From contig OZ037770.1 in assembly GCA_964035545.1 (NCBI GenBank), positions 5,156,729-5,220,728 on the forward strand: 64,000 nucleotides of DNA. The letters run 5' to 3'. This stretch comes from Bugula neritina. Its lineage: Eukaryota > Animalia > Bryozoa. This document shows, piece after piece, positions 29,730 to 43,613 of the stretch; position 1 is the first letter of the stretch, and every line of letters begins with the position of its first letter. The notes beneath the pieces are model-generated. The model did not search any database. It was not told the origin of the DNA and saw nothing but the letters and a program-made list of their open reading frames with translations. Made by a program: the position numbers and the translations under genes.

Positions 29730-32680
29730 CCTGGACAAGCAAAACAAAGTCTTTCCATTACATCTTCTATGTCAGCATTTTTCAGCTTCACCACAACAGC
29801 CATCGAGTAGTTCATTTTAAACTAAAAAGAAATAATTAATTTAGGAAATACAATGATTGCCTATGTAAAAAGTGACAATGTATGCACGTATGGCATCTGA
29901 AGCCACATTTAACTAACTATTCAACTTGCTAATATCCTTTTTAAATAAGTTTTTGAAAATGGAATTAAGACAGTTATGAAAAAAAATTGATAACAATAAG
30001 AATATATGTTGAATTAAGTAATCATAGGTAGCAACTATAATAATCATAGTGAAAGAAATAATTTCGAAGGGTGATGAAGTAATTCAACAGAATAAAAACT
30101 ATGATGCGACTTTTAATTGTCACAATAAGAACTTTGGACAAAAAAAAACTTTGCAGGCTTTGAGTTATATATAAATAAAACCCTTTAGAATTTTTTGAAA
30201 AATAGTCTTACGAGACATAATAATACATAGTTAAGTTTTAGATTTTTACAACACACTATGACTCATAATTAGTTAATAAAATATTCTTTTGTAACTGCAT
30301 AGTGCATATAACATCTATTTGAATCAATTTGATGGAGTTTGTGAAATTTCTTGTTTGAAAATTACAAAAACTGGCGGCATGTTCGAGTTGTTGAAAATAG
30401 CAAAAAACAAGTAGTAAACAAAGTTAAATAACATTTGCAAAACCTTATACAATGTGCTGTTAAATGCTTGGACAGATACTATCTTGAATAAGATTAATGC
30501 AAGCTTAAAAAAACTTTAAAGTTGAAAGGCATATATTTTGTTACCATCATAATTCATATGCTGTGTAATCAAGCCACATCTTGAGATATAAATATTTTTC
30601 TGCTCCGTGGTCTCTTCAGTACTTAGACCTATGCCTTGCCACACTCTACCACTGCACTTAGCCTTCAATCATAAATCACGATGACATGCAGTGTAAATGT
30701 TGCAGCTGTGGCCTGGTGAATAAGGATATTTTCCAACCACAATTTTTAACAAAACAAAACAAGTTCTCACCTAAAAAACTAGAAATCAACTATAAAGAAA
30801 AATAATTGATTTTTAGTTTGATTATATGGTTTAAACCTGCATTTGCATAGGGGTAGTTGAAGTCTAAACATTCACCAGATTCGCATACATTATTTTCAAT
30901 ATTTCATGTTACCTAAAACTAAAATATATTCAATACTAAAACATCTATTAAAGTGTAGTAACTGACATGTTCAAATGTGTGCCTTAGCGAACATCACACT
31001 CAAAAAGTAATTGTGAGAGGAAACAAGCTTTGCTTCCATTTTAGAAGTCAAGAGAAGTACCGTCACCTTACATTGGTAGCAACAGATTGTGTACCAAGAA
31101 ATTGTTTCTAAAACTCCACAAAAATATAATTAAAACGTTGAAGATTCTACAGGCAAAAAGTTCTGAATAGATTTTTATAAGCAGAGGACAAATTAAATTT
31201 TGCAAATAATTTCAAGCACAAATAGTCACTAAACAAACTTTATATGCATATAAATAAAAGCCAGCAATACATTAATTAACTTACTTGCATTATATAAGGA
31301 TAAGCACAGATCTCCCTCTCTCCATATCCAATGCCTTACATATAAGTGCCTGAAACCGTCTTTGCAGCTTTCCATTCAATTCCTCCACAGTGGTCACCAA
31401 CTGAAATATTCTGAAAAATTAAATAATAATTTAACGTACCCATACAATTCTTACTTGTTTGCTCATATTGAAAACAAAAAAGATGAAAAAATAAAACAAG
31501 ACATGTGACCATCGAACAATAGTTGGTAAATTGTATTGTATTGTAAATCATACGCAATCAAATTGAGAGCCTCAAACAGCCCTCTAAAAAAGTTGGTTAT
31601 GCTCAACCATGCCGCGTATTTTTGATGTCATATGGGAGAACCCCACTTCATATATGTGATTAGTTTAAAGAAGAATTACAAGAAAACAGCATTTGAAAGC
31701 TTTCTTATCAGTTTGCTACTATAACCGCATCGGTTTTAAAGAGTTTTTTGCATTGCCCATTAATGAAATTATAAACGGTAACCGTCACAGATCATATCCA
31801 GAGTTTCTACCATTTGTTTATGCCAGTTCATTCTGATTTTTTGATTGATTTTTATCCTCAATCTTTCATAATTTTTTTTCAACTTGCAAAAGTGGTAAAA
31901 CAATTTATATTATAGGATAAATGGTACTGGTTCAACTTTTTCACAGAGCGATTCAATCTGCCCCCTACAGAGGCACGTTGTAAAAAAAAATTAGTAAAAA
32001 AATGGGCTCTATGTTAGTGAGTAAAATGTTTACACATTTGATTTCAAAGGACAAAGACAGCAACATATGACTGACTTTTATGGTTATGGTCTTTGGATTG
32101 GCAAAATAATTCTCTACAAGTCATGCTAAAAAACACAATTTTTGGTTCAACTATATCCCCACCCTCGCCAATACGATATGAATTTCAATAGCCTTTCTCA
32201 GGGTTACCACTGTAATTCCAGAGAGCTATGCTTAAAAACAGATTTATAGCAATTTTTCACAGAAATTAAAACATGTTGAGAGCATATTTAGCTTTTAATT
32301 GGTGTGTACATTGTCTTATATTACCTCATAAATACTGAGGAAAACATGAATTACCAACAAAACCAAAAATTATCTATGGGTGTCCAAGAAATTTGAGCAT
32401 GACTGCATTTGCAGAAAATTATTATAAAACAAAATTGTTTGAACATGCAACCCACAAACAGATGAGAACTAAGATATTACATATAATTATATATTGTAAT
32501 GCTGTATAAATATAGTGTGTCAGGGAATTTTCAAATAGGTATTATGAATAAATACAAATTGATGTAGAATTTTAATAAATATGTAAGATGCACCTACTTT
32601 TCACGCAGCTTCAATCTTTATTTATTAAGTTTCAACTTTTTGCAGCATCACTTCTGACGTCATCTTCTGCCATACTCCTT
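29730..32680 (-). pseudogene. Degenerate multi-exon KDZ (Kyakuja-Dileera-Zisupton)-type transposase relic; core exon 30545-30770
   Basis: The AG/GT-bounded exon 30545-30770 translates ...ACHRDL*LKAKCSGRVWQGIGLSTEETTEQKNIYISRCGLITQHM, resembling the KDZ motif H..C....SGR..G.GL..GE..EQ.NS..SR....T..M; other short stop-containing exon-like pieces at ~29730-29822, 30836-30912, 31070-31107, 31284-31410 and 32598-32672. Confidence 0.5.
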
Positions 32681-33579
32681 TCAGTCAATGTCTCAAGTTG
32701 TGGCAAGCACAGGGAATAGCTATAGCCTATTCATCATTATCAAGAGTCTATAAAAATCATTCCAAACAGATAACTTTTAAGTTGTAGTCAGCAGCTATGA
32801 ACAGAGTTGTCATTGTGAACATTTCAATAATGAAAAGGATATTTATATTCCCATTGAACTTAAATACCCATATTATAAGTACATCTAATAACGCAGCAAA
32901 CTCCCTTTTAAAATCACATTAATATAGCATCAGCAAAAGAACACTAAATGGCAAAAGCAGTTTGAAAACCAATTTCAGATTGAAAATTTAATTGATCAAA
33001 TATTGCTTTTTTATTTAGATTAAGACTCATTGCGGTAAACAAGCAAGAAAACTTTGTGATATGGATAAGAAAGGTTTTAAAACAAAAGCCATGATTTTCA
33101 AAAAGTCTGCACCACACTTAAAATCAACACCATCCTAGATGCTACACCAGAGCAACGAATAATTAAAACAGTATACCTTGGAGAGTTAATAACTGATATT
33201 GCATGGTTAAAATGAACAAGAAATAAAGAGAAGAAATGAACTGGCAAAAAATGCTTTCCAGGATATTTCTTAAGTATATTGAAATTAGAAAAATCAAAAT
33301 ACAAACACGAGAGAAATTACTATGCAAAAAATTCTTCCCCATATAACAAGCAGATATTATTAGTTATTTATCAGTAACGCATCTACTAGGCATAGACTCA
33401 CAAGGTTTCATAGTTGATTGTAAGAACAATGAGTATTTAACACCATAAAAACCTAAAGCATTGATACTTGTGGTACATCTAGTACTAAACTCTAAAGCAC
33501 TTACAGACTTACAGTGGTAGTCTGTTATCACTAAATCTAATGATTTTCACAGTTCTCAATCAAGGTATTAGACACCATA

Positions 33580-35100
33580 ACTACTAGTGGGCCTACTACT
33601 ACTACTAGTAGTAGTACTAGTAACTAGAGTACTACTACTACTAGTACTACTACTGTACTAGTAGTAATAATAATTTATATCAAAAATGAGCACATTGTTT
33701 TACTAATAATATTCTCAACCTAATAGTAATAGCAATAGTACCAACCTGATCCGTAATGGGTTTTCCTGAAGAATGGAACTAGATTGTAATTACCGACATG
33801 TGTATACATACTAAATTAGTCTCTAATAATATATTATTATGAAATTTATGATTATCGCCCCATTTGCGGAGTAGTCAGGCCGAGTTTATTATGAACACAA
33901 GAGTCGAGTAAATTTGCGCAGATAAATTACTGGCCACCATGATAGACCAGACCTGTTTTGACCGAATATCGGTTCTACTTGAACACTAGAATCGCCCCCA
34001 AGGTCCAATGCCTAATTGAGTCCGCGGCTCCTTTGGTCAAATGACCCAAAGATTCAATTTCAATTTTGAATACCATAGGCGTGCTCAAACTTATAGTTAT
34101 AGGCTAGGGCATATGCATGGTTATTATTGGAAAATAGATTAATAATTAGTAATACTAATACTAATAGTAATACGAATGCACTAATGGTAATAGTTATAAT
34201 GTCACGATTAGACTTTACATTTGCTCTTACTCTTAGTCTTAGTTATAATCATATTTATAAACATGAATATCGCTCTCACTCTGACTCACACTCTGACTCT
34301 AACTCTAAGTCTAAGTCTATCAGCATCACCATCAGTATCACTACCAATATGAATATAGCTATAACTATAAGTATTACTCAATCAGTTTCACTATGACTAT
34401 GATAAAATCATAAAATGATAAATAATCCACTAATACTTAGTGATAACAGTTACTGATTAGAGTGATCTTAAATTAGTAATCAGTATAGCTGTGAGTATAA
34501 CTCACTGTAGTACTCTTAATCATAATCATAATGGTAGTGGTATGAGTATCACTATCAGTATGGGATCAACTAATACTAATAGTAATACTGTAAAGTGTAA
34601 TACTAATACTAATACAGTATTACTAATAGTAATAGTATCAAATCGAAATTAATCAATAGTAAATATAGTTATACTTAAATTTAAAGACTTATACTTATAG
34701 TAGTAATAGTTATACTTATAGTATTAGAACCTTATACTATGTCTATAGTCTATGACGGCATGACATACCCATAAATGGTGATGTCTAAGTCCTACTTCAA
34801 AGTAGCAGTTAAACTTAAAGTTTGATATTCTACTCTGTATAACCGAGACTGACTATCATACACCTTACATGTCATGCTGAGTATCATTATGATTATCACT
34901 TGAGGTTTATGAGTATCACTTTCAGTAAGATAATCATACTATGACTATGAGTTATACTTATAGTCACACCCCGATACCCATACTTCTACTTCTAGTGATC
35001 TACTCTTACTCCTAGTTCTACGGGCAAGGCTACTCACTCATACTCATAATCATAGTAACTGATAGTGGTGTAACCTAAACTAATACTATAACCAATGCCA
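33580..35100. repeat. Low-complexity degenerate (TAC/TAG/AGTAAT)-type simple-repeat region
   Basis: Direct; periodic tri- and hexanucleotide remnants. Confidence 0.7.
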
Positions 35101-36689
35101 AAAGACAAGGTAAAGCTAAAATTAAAAATAGAAACCAAAGGGTCATAAATCATATGTGTAATGGTGTTTTAGTTTATGATTGTTTATGTTCATTATATGT
35201 TTATTCTACCAAGTACCAACTCATCAGTCACTTAGTTTTATAGTGATAATTATACTTACACTTATAGCCTACACCCTATAGCTTATTTAATTTTGACTCT
35301 ACCTTGCCCTTTGGCAGTGATTTAGTTTTAATTAAATTGTTATATTTAATGTTTTTCATGAACTTTATGAAATTTTATTGATAAGATATCATATAGTAAT
35401 AGTGATAATTGTATCATAATGATGATATTGATATATAAAACATTATGACCATCAATGTATCACTGTGAATGTAATAATTTTTATATAAGTAAATTAATTT
35501 ACTATTAAATAAAAGTTGTGCAAGTTTATAGTTGGCATCCCTGTGAGAAACCCCTGATGGGAAAGGTTTTTTGTTAAATGGGGCTAAGCAATTATTTGGT
35601 TGGAGCATAGGAGTAATTATGACTGGATGCTTTTCCTAACAAATGACAGTAATGAAAAATTGAATATGATTGTTATCTAATCATTATGTAAGGTTAACCT
35701 TTATGTTAGGAATCTCAATAGCACGAGCATACAATTCAATCATCGCCATGTTGGCTGTGATTTTCTTAATCATACTTATTAAGCTTGCAGTTTTTGATAT
35801 TTGATAGATATAGTATTCATAATAATAGTCACTTAAATTTGATGGTAATATTGATCAATAAATTTTAAGTACACTGACTAAATCTAATGATTAGTGGTAA
35901 TGAAACTAACGACACTCAAACTGATTTGCCTCAAGACTGAATTATGTTTTCTAAGTGATGACAGACTAAGATTAAGTTTAATAATAGGGCAGTAGTACAT
36001 GTAACTAAAAGTATAAGCTAAAGTATACAACCATAAGTGAGTAACCATGATGTTATCTCGACCAACGCAATCTCAATACTAATACCTGATTTATTGAAAA
36101 TGTTACTATATATTTGAGTATGAGTATGTAACTGTATTAATATGATAAAACTTATACAGTTATGCACATAGTGCTAGTGAAAGTATCTCAAACCGTTGCA
36201 AAATCCAACTTTATTCAAAACTTTGCTACAAATACTTGAGTTTTTATTTTAAGGTTGATCATAAAAAGTTAAAATTATTGTGAATAAATTAATTTTAACT
36301 GTTCATTTTACTTCAACATTATCTTTTAATTTAATAAAGTTTTAATGAATATTAATTTATTTATTTTTCAACAAGTCACTGTTTTAATTAATATAGGTAT
36401 AAGTTTAGGTATCTAATAACTTTAACCATCATTATATTCATCATTTTTAATTTGTATGCCAATTGCTAAATTATAATACCTATACTGATATCACCACTGT
36501 TGAATTATTTTTCTTATTCACCTATGTTTGTAATACGGTTATTGCTTGTTAGTTAGTAGCATATATAACAACTATAGTAATAGCTATAACTACAAGCATA
36601 TTTAATATGCTAAGGTATATTGAGAGATTGTCATAAATATCTCAGTGATCATATACATGACACCCTTAGCATTCATGTCTTGAACATCT

Positions 36690-37250
36690 AGCCATAGCTC
36701 CCTTTATATTGTTTCCAGTGTTGAATGCCCATCCTGCAAGAATGCTTTGCCTCCATTTGAGAGGTGGTAAATTGATTGGATTTTATGTAAAATTTCTTAA
36801 GCTCTTGTTTCAGGACATCCTCAAACCTTAGATATAAGTTCTTCTAGCTGGATGAGTTCCTTTTGATATTAATGCATGCAATCGAGTGCGGCCGGCGGAT
36901 GAGATACTTTGGCATGTTGACCAGCTCAGTGAAGACAGAAGAAATTCAGTTTTGAAGAAAGAGAATCCGGGTCTGTGATTTCAAATACATCTTCATTTAT
37001 CATTTTATCTTCCCAGATTTTACTCAACATGTATCTTAAACTCCAGGTAAGAAAAGTGCTGAGCTTTGATTCTTGCAGTCCACATGTTGCCCATTTTTTT
37101 GATCCACAAGGAAGAATGCTGAGAACACAAACTTCGTAGACTTTTCTTTTGGCGTGAATATTAGGGTGGTTGTTTGTCCATATTTGCTACTTCACAAAGT
37201 GGAATTATTTTGGTATTTGTCATATCCTGCAGAGCCCATTTAAATGTTTG
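36690..37250 (-). mobile_element. RTE-clade LINE, 3' fragment of the RT ORF
   Basis: Minus-strand KRKVYEVCVLSILPCGSKKW...WEDKMINEDV...LRFEDVLKQELK resembles the RTE C-terminal pattern K..VY...VL..LLYG.E.W / W.D...N..V / RWKD.LK.DLK. Confidence 0.7.
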
Positions 37251-39019
37251 AGCAGAAAAAGTAAAAATAAATATTTAGCAGTGTGTTTACTGTTTTGATG
37301 ATGGTTTTAGGGAAACATGTAGATTTACCATTCATGTACTTGTGACAGGCCTGTGTTTCAGCGATTAGGAGAGTAGAATTTTTCTTTAATAGAAATTGAG
37401 TCATGCAAGGGAAGCTGGTTTCCTTACTTTATTAAGCAAAATTTGCTATCACAACAACAGAAGTGTTGCTAGCCTTGATTTGGAAACATTTTATATTTAT
37501 AACTCTGATACTTATTTTGAGACATTTGGCTGCATGTTGGATAGATTGCATAGCATCTTTACTTGCGCTAATACTTAGAAGCATTTACTTGGTTTTCCTA
37601 TAGTTTTATTTTGAATGTTTTTATGACATATTGCAGAACTGTGGGTTCATTCTACTTGTAAGTATATTCCATAGGTCTAACTCAAACCCTGTGAATTTTC
37701 AAGTTACTATGGCAAGCTATGATGAAAGAAATGCTAAACTGGACAGGTAATAGAAAAGAAAGTCCGATAATTTTTTTAATTGTAATTTAAATTACTTAGC
37801 TTGCATTACTCAGCAGTATGGTAGCAGTGGTAGAACCAGCAGCAGTAGCAGCAGGAGTAGATCATAGTATAGTAGTATTGATAAAATGATTGATAGATTA
37901 GAACTGTAATTTTGAATATTAAAAATATGACAATGCCACTGTGCGCCATAAATTTCTTGATGGCCATTAAAATCAGCCATTAAATCAGTTTTCTTTTGGC
38001 TAGAACAAGCACTGCTGCCTGGACATAGTAATATATTATATGTATGAACTGTATGTTAATTATATGTAGAGGAATTATTTTTGCTAGCTTTAATAAAAAA
38101 CCCTGCTCGTTTCTCATATTATTGTATTGTCAGTTTCAGCAATTTCAGGCCAGATACATTTAAATTATACCTTGCAAATTTTAGGCCTGTTCCAGTCTAC
38201 CTGTCAACACATTTGTTTGATCTGATCTAATTATGATGGCCTTCCAAGCAATGTAGTTAGCAAAAGTGAGAGAACTAATATTGCTTTTTCAGCCTATATT
38301 ATGTTTGAAACCAGTAAAATAATAGAAATCATGAAACTAGTAATAGGCAATCCTATAATGCTGTTTAATAAACTTATTTGCGCTGTTACTTTAGTGATTT
38401 CGACGCTGTTTTATAAATTATTAGCAATCTTTCAAAGATGAATAAATATACATTTTCTTTTAGTATGTCACCAATTGGAATATTTGGACCTGTATACCTA
38501 TCTAGTGGAGGTGTTAATTTGTAAGCATATTGGTTTTACCAAGATTATTGATTAAAGCAGTTGCTGAAAGCCAAAATAAAATGCTAACCAAAGTTCATAT
38601 CTAGTGGGCTACAATTTGCCAACTTCTATAAAGCATATAATAGCTAGTAATTGTTTCTATGCTGTACCACTTGACGGTCTGTTCTCTTTTACCTTACTCT
38701 ATATTATGCTGTATAAATTCTAGCACACCTATCTGGTTTTTAATCATTTCTTGCACCATATGCCAATAATTTTTACGTAGATGCATACAATCGGACAGCT
38801 GGATGGCCTGGCCATTGTGGAGAAGCATCATAACCACCTGCTTGGTGTTGGAGCCGAGTGCATATCAAGGTGGGTAGCACAACTTCTCAGTTCATAAGTA
38901 GCAGCCTAGTTTTTTAAAAGGTTTGACTATATTAAAATATAAACATTTTGTTATTGCACTAATACAATGATAAAATGAGCAAACAGTTTCCAATATAACT
39001 TGCTGCTGGTGAGATTTAG

Positions 39020-39605
39020 AGTACTTGTAGTAGAAACAATATTAGTAGTGGTGGTGGTGGTGGCGGCAGTGGCAGCGGCGGTAGTGGTAAAAGTAATAGT
39101 AGCAGCAGTAGTAGCAGCAGTAGTAGTAGTAGAAGTAGAAGTAGTAGCAGCAGTAGTAGAAGTAGTAGCAGCAGCAGTAGCAGCAGCAGTAGTAGTAGCA
39201 GTAGCAGTAGTAGAAGTAGTAGCAGCAGCAGTAGCAGCAGTAGTAGTAGTAGTAGAAGTAGTAGCAGCAGCAGCAGTAGTAGTAGCAGTAGTAGAAGTAG
39301 AAGTAGTAGCAGCAGTAGTAGTAGTAGCAGTAGCAGTAGTAGAAGTAGTAGCAGCAGCAGTAGCAGCAGCAGCAGTAGTAGTAGCAGTAGTAGAAGTAGT
39401 AGCAGCAGCAGTAGCAGTAGTAGTAGCAGTAGTAGAAGTAGTAGCAGCAGCAGTAGTAGCAGTAGTAGTAGTAGTAGCAGCAGTAGTAGTAGTAGTAGTA
39501 GTAGTAGCAGTAGTAGTAGTAGCAGTAGTAGTAGTAGCAGTAGCAGTAGCAGTAGTAGTAGTAGAAGTAATAATAATAAAATAATAACATTATTAGTAGT
39601 AGTGG
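39020..39605. repeat. (GTA/GCA)n trinucleotide microsatellite
   Basis: Direct; the poly-V/A, poly-L and poly-Y/C ORFs are artefacts. Confidence 0.97.
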
Positions 39606-40670
39606 TGAAGTTGCTTTTGGTTCTGACGTTAGTACTGTTAGTGGTAGAGATGGTGTTGGTAGAAATAGGATTAGTGGTTGTGCACTCATAGTTGAAGGCA
39701 TAAAGCATAAACCAGAATTGAATACATATATAACATAGATATGATATGACTTCTTATTTATATTGATTTACTATCTTGCATGAACATGGCATTTTCGCTA
39801 TCAACATTAGTGTTTGTATTATATACTTTCACTAAACAAGCTTGTTAAATTTATAAAAAATTATGTAGGTGATGACTTTTGCATATCTGTGTTTAATTTT
39901 AAAAATATCATGTTGCATAATTATTTTTTAGGTGTCTGGTGAGCGGACGACTTCATTTTCGGCTGCTTCATGGCACCTTTATTTTCGGAAAAGATGTAAC
40001 CACTTGTAAAATCAGTTTTTTTATGGTGAACTAAACAATATAATGTTTAACAAAATTCTTTTTTGGTTAAAAATAAAGGTATACTGTCTTTGGCTTTCTG
40101 TTATTTCTATATTGTGTTCTTCTGTTGCTATGTGTAATTGATGAGATGACTCCAAACTCTTGCACATCCGCCACAATAAAGTTGATAATTTTGCTATGTG
40201 CATCAAGATTTTGTTATAAGTAGATATAGTTTTGCAATGATAGTGTTGATGCTGCAGCAGGTAACATTCTAATAGGATAAACCAAACAGAATTTAAGCTA
40301 AAACATTCTAAAAAAAATACAGCATTGCTTGAGCCACCTTGCCTTCTCTTTTTTCTAGACAAAAGTTGTTAGCTAAATAAGGAAAAGACAAATTAATGAT
40401 TTCTGTGAGAGTTGTCTACTACAAAAATTACGTAGCAGATCATCATTAGTAACCATAACAACACGTACATGTTTACAGCACTCATGTGCTCTCTTTGTTC
40501 TGATTCGTCAACAGTCGCGCCCTAGACAGTCGATGCTATCTTACGAAAATATATTGTTTATTGCGGCTAATATCGCGAAATGGCAAAATGAGGATCGACC
40601 CTGACAGTCGTAAAAGCCATGCGATGCACTGGTAATAACCATTTTATCACTGTATGATGTTTCAGAGAAT

Positions 40671-40897
40671 ATGGGAATCTGGTTCAGACATTCTGGACAG
40701 CCTTCTGTAAGCTGGTCAGATGTACAGTCTGCTAATACCAAGTCATATACTACTGCTGAGGTGAAGCGTGAAGTTGGGAGTTATGATATCACAGATCTCA
40801 AACTGGAGAGAACAATTCCAAGTAACATTGGAGAGATTGCTGGTAAAGCCCTGTGTCTATGTGTTTCTAACCTGACTGACAGAGCAAGTCTAGACAA
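40671..40897 (+). CDS. N-terminal coding exon of the LRR-array gene (MGIWFRHSGQP...RASLD)
   Basis: TTTCAG acceptor just upstream of the ATG; 227 nt open frame ending at a phase-2 donor AA|GTGAGT, frame-compatible with the LRR exons; IPSNIGEI resembles an LRR cap. Confidence 0.7.
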
Positions 40898-41496
40898 GTG
40901 AGTGTCTATTAAATAGTAGTGTAAATGTTAAATGAGTTCAGTTGTGTCATTTATTAAATAATAATTGATAATATAATATGCTGAAGCTAAAGCATCTTTT
41001 TGCTCATAATATATTCATACAATATAATATACATCAACATAGTAATATGTGCAACATTGTATGTAATCCAAATGAGCTTATAGTTGTATAGAAACTAGGA
41101 AGTGTACAACTGCCTCTACTCGATATCATTGACTAAAGAACGTTTTATGTATATATAGCTAAAGACTGGAGTAATATACAGTTTATAATATATTATACAA
41201 AAAACTATGTTATGTCATCAACTGCAAATATACAATATTAAACATTAGTTAAGATATAAACTTACATAGCAATTTAGAGTGAGGCCTCATGTACTATAAA
41301 CTAACAGCTAACTTTGCAAAATGAAGCTTCCTCTCCTCATCTACAACATAATATAACTGAAACTCTTTGCTGTTTTTTGCAACAATATATCTGTTTCCTG
41401 CATGTTTTTTCTGTTAAATACACAATTAGCATGATATAATAGTATATATTATTTTGATATGGTAAACATAAATATATGACACACTTTATATTGCAG

Positions 41497-41634
41497 TCTA
41501 TGTCAGCTGACTCAGTTAGAAGAACTAGGCATAGTATCCAATCATCTCCACACAGTACCAGAAGTTGTGTCATCACTCACATCACTTAAAGAGTTGGATA
41601 TGAGCAATTGTGAATTATCTACTCTACCTGAGAG
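41497..41634 (+). CDS. LRR exon 1: LCQLTQLEELGIVSNHLHTVPEVVSSLTSLKELDMSNCELSTLPE
   Basis: 138 bp, CAG acceptor, GTTTGT donor, phase 2-2, two LxxLxLxxN/CxL repeats. Confidence 0.9.
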
Positions 41635-42372
41635 GTTTGTTTTTCACAATATTTCTTCTGTTTTAAACATTCAATATTTGACATCCTTTATACTTCTCAA
41701 ATAGTGTTATGCTATGTTATATATTGGCAGCAAATGTTAAACTCTTGAATATGCATTTTTTGAACTTATCTAATAGCTTGTCGTAACATGAAAATAATAC
41801 AGTTTTATGGTATGCCATTAGTAGTACAGAGTGGTTGATCCTGGGACACTTTTTTCTGGGCCACCCCTATTTTGGTGCACGAAACAACTTTTAATAGAAA
41901 GGCGTGAGACTTGGAACATAAAATTTTTTTTATATTCTTAGCATATAAAAATTTATTATGGTATATAAAACTTGTTTAGCCCGTGCCTATACCTTCGAGG
42001 AAGAAAGATCTAAAGTAATAAATCCTTGAGGTTATAACAAAAGTGTTTAAACGTTATAACTCGAAAATACGGGTTGAGATTCGGTAGATTCTATTATTAT
42101 ATCACCATCCCTCGTTGATATCACTAATTTATTACCAACCGCTCCTTGTAACTTAGGAATAGCGTAACCCGATAAATTATTTATCGTAATAATATCGGTA
42201 ATATTTATACCCGTTTCTACGATATTACCATCGTTCAAAAGCACTAGTAATTTACCTCCGTAGTACAGAGTGGATGATTCTGAGCTACTTTTTCTGGAAC
42301 TCTCCTTATTTTGGTGCACGCCTTGTCTTAAGGAGGGAGTAAAGTTGTTATATGCTGAGAATATAAAATTTA

Positions 42373-43124
42373 CTATAGTATATAAAACTCATCTAGCCCG
42401 TGCTTATACCTTCCATTATTTTTTGAGGAAGAAAGATCTAAAGTAATAAATCGGTGAGGTTTTTGCCAACCTTTATAACAAAAGTCTTTAAATCCGTGTA
42501 AAGGCATATCTCCGCTCATGTGATCTCGATTTAAATTGCTCAGATTTTTACCGTTTTGAGGAAATAAGCAAAAAAAAATTGCGTTTTCTCGAATAGACTG
42601 TCTAGGTAGCTTAAAATAATTTTGCGACAAATAGAAGCAATCGACGTTACTGTGTCGTCCTCTTACATAATATTTTTCACACGCGTTTTGTTTTTCAAGC
42701 ATTAAATCGTCAAACACTATTAGATTAGCGTCTAAATCGCTAGGGTCATAAACTTTATCACTCGATTCAACGAATTCAGCGGTTATATTACCATTACCTG
42801 TAGCGTAATTTTTTAAAATGCGATTTACGTTTATACCTGAATTTATTATCGCGTCGCTATTTTTAAATAATTCTAAAAATTTTTCTTTAGATAGTCCGCG
42901 CTCGAAAGCTTTTTGCATATTGTTATATACGGGTTGATCGAGACTTTTACCATAAACCATAAGTTTATTGTAATCTAGCCAATTAGGTCGTAACAATAAA
43001 TTACAGAGTAAAGTAGTTTTACCGCACCCGACTTTCCAACAATAACACCCTTTATACTTTTAGGGAGTAACGGATTATTATTACGATTAATTTCGTTTTT
43101 CCACGAAGGATTTTGTATTTCCAT
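42373..43124 (-). pseudogene. Polinton DNA-packaging ATPase (A32/FtsK-like), frameshifted in Walker A
   Basis: ATG at 43124; IVGKSG/CGKT split by a 1-nt frameshift at ~43025; Walker B NLIVFDD; RGRH motif; YLSQ. Confidence 0.9.
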
Positions 43125-43136
43125 TTACTATAATAA

Positions 43137-43613
43137 ATGTATTGTTGTAAGTGTCAAACTAAAACTAAAACTCTTAATTACGGAGAGAGAGTAAGTAAAA
43201 ATAACAGACTAATGGGTTACGGTAATTGCGGTCAATGCGGATGTAAAAAGACTACACTTGTTGGGTCGGGTTTAACGAATAATTTAATAAATAATTTATC
43301 CGTTGAATTGCATTACCCCGGCCATAATTTTTTAGGCCCCGGTACTAAATTAAATAAGCGTCTTAATGACGATATGACTCCTAAAGAATGGAGTAAACCA
43401 ATAGATCGAGACGACGCGATAGCTATGAAACACGACATATGTTACGCGCTTAATAAAGATACTAAGACTAGAGACGAAATATGTGATAAAAATATGCTAG
43501 ACGAACTAAAAGCTATACCTAATCTTACGCCCGCTGAACAACGGCATAGCCGTATTGCCTCAGCAATAATAGGAACGAAAAAGCGTTTAGGTTCGGGAAT
43601 TAAAAAAAAATAG
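43137..43613 (+). CDS. PLA2X: parvovirus-VP1-like phospholipase A2 domain protein with N-terminal CxxC...CxxC
   Basis: PGHNFLGPGT calcium-loop motif and DxxAxxHDxxY catalytic motif (DAIAMKHDICY); intact ORF. Confidence 0.88.
   Translation: MYCCKCQTKTKTLNYGERVSKNNRLMGYGNCGQCGCKKTTLVGSGLTNNLINNLSVELHYPGHNFLGPGTKLNKRLNDDMTPKEWSKPIDRDDAIAMKHDICYALNKDTKTRDEICDKNMLDELKAIPNLTPAEQRHSRIASAIIGTKKRLGSGIKKK

Noticed and set aside
39000-39708. Poly-Leu, poly-Val/Ala and Tyr/Cys ORFs
   Set aside because: Translations of a GTA/GCA trinucleotide repeat; no splice or codon evidence.
42047-42319. 90-aa minus-strand ORF as an independent gene
   Set aside because: It is the TIR copy of the fibre gene's 3' end joined to the inner terminus.
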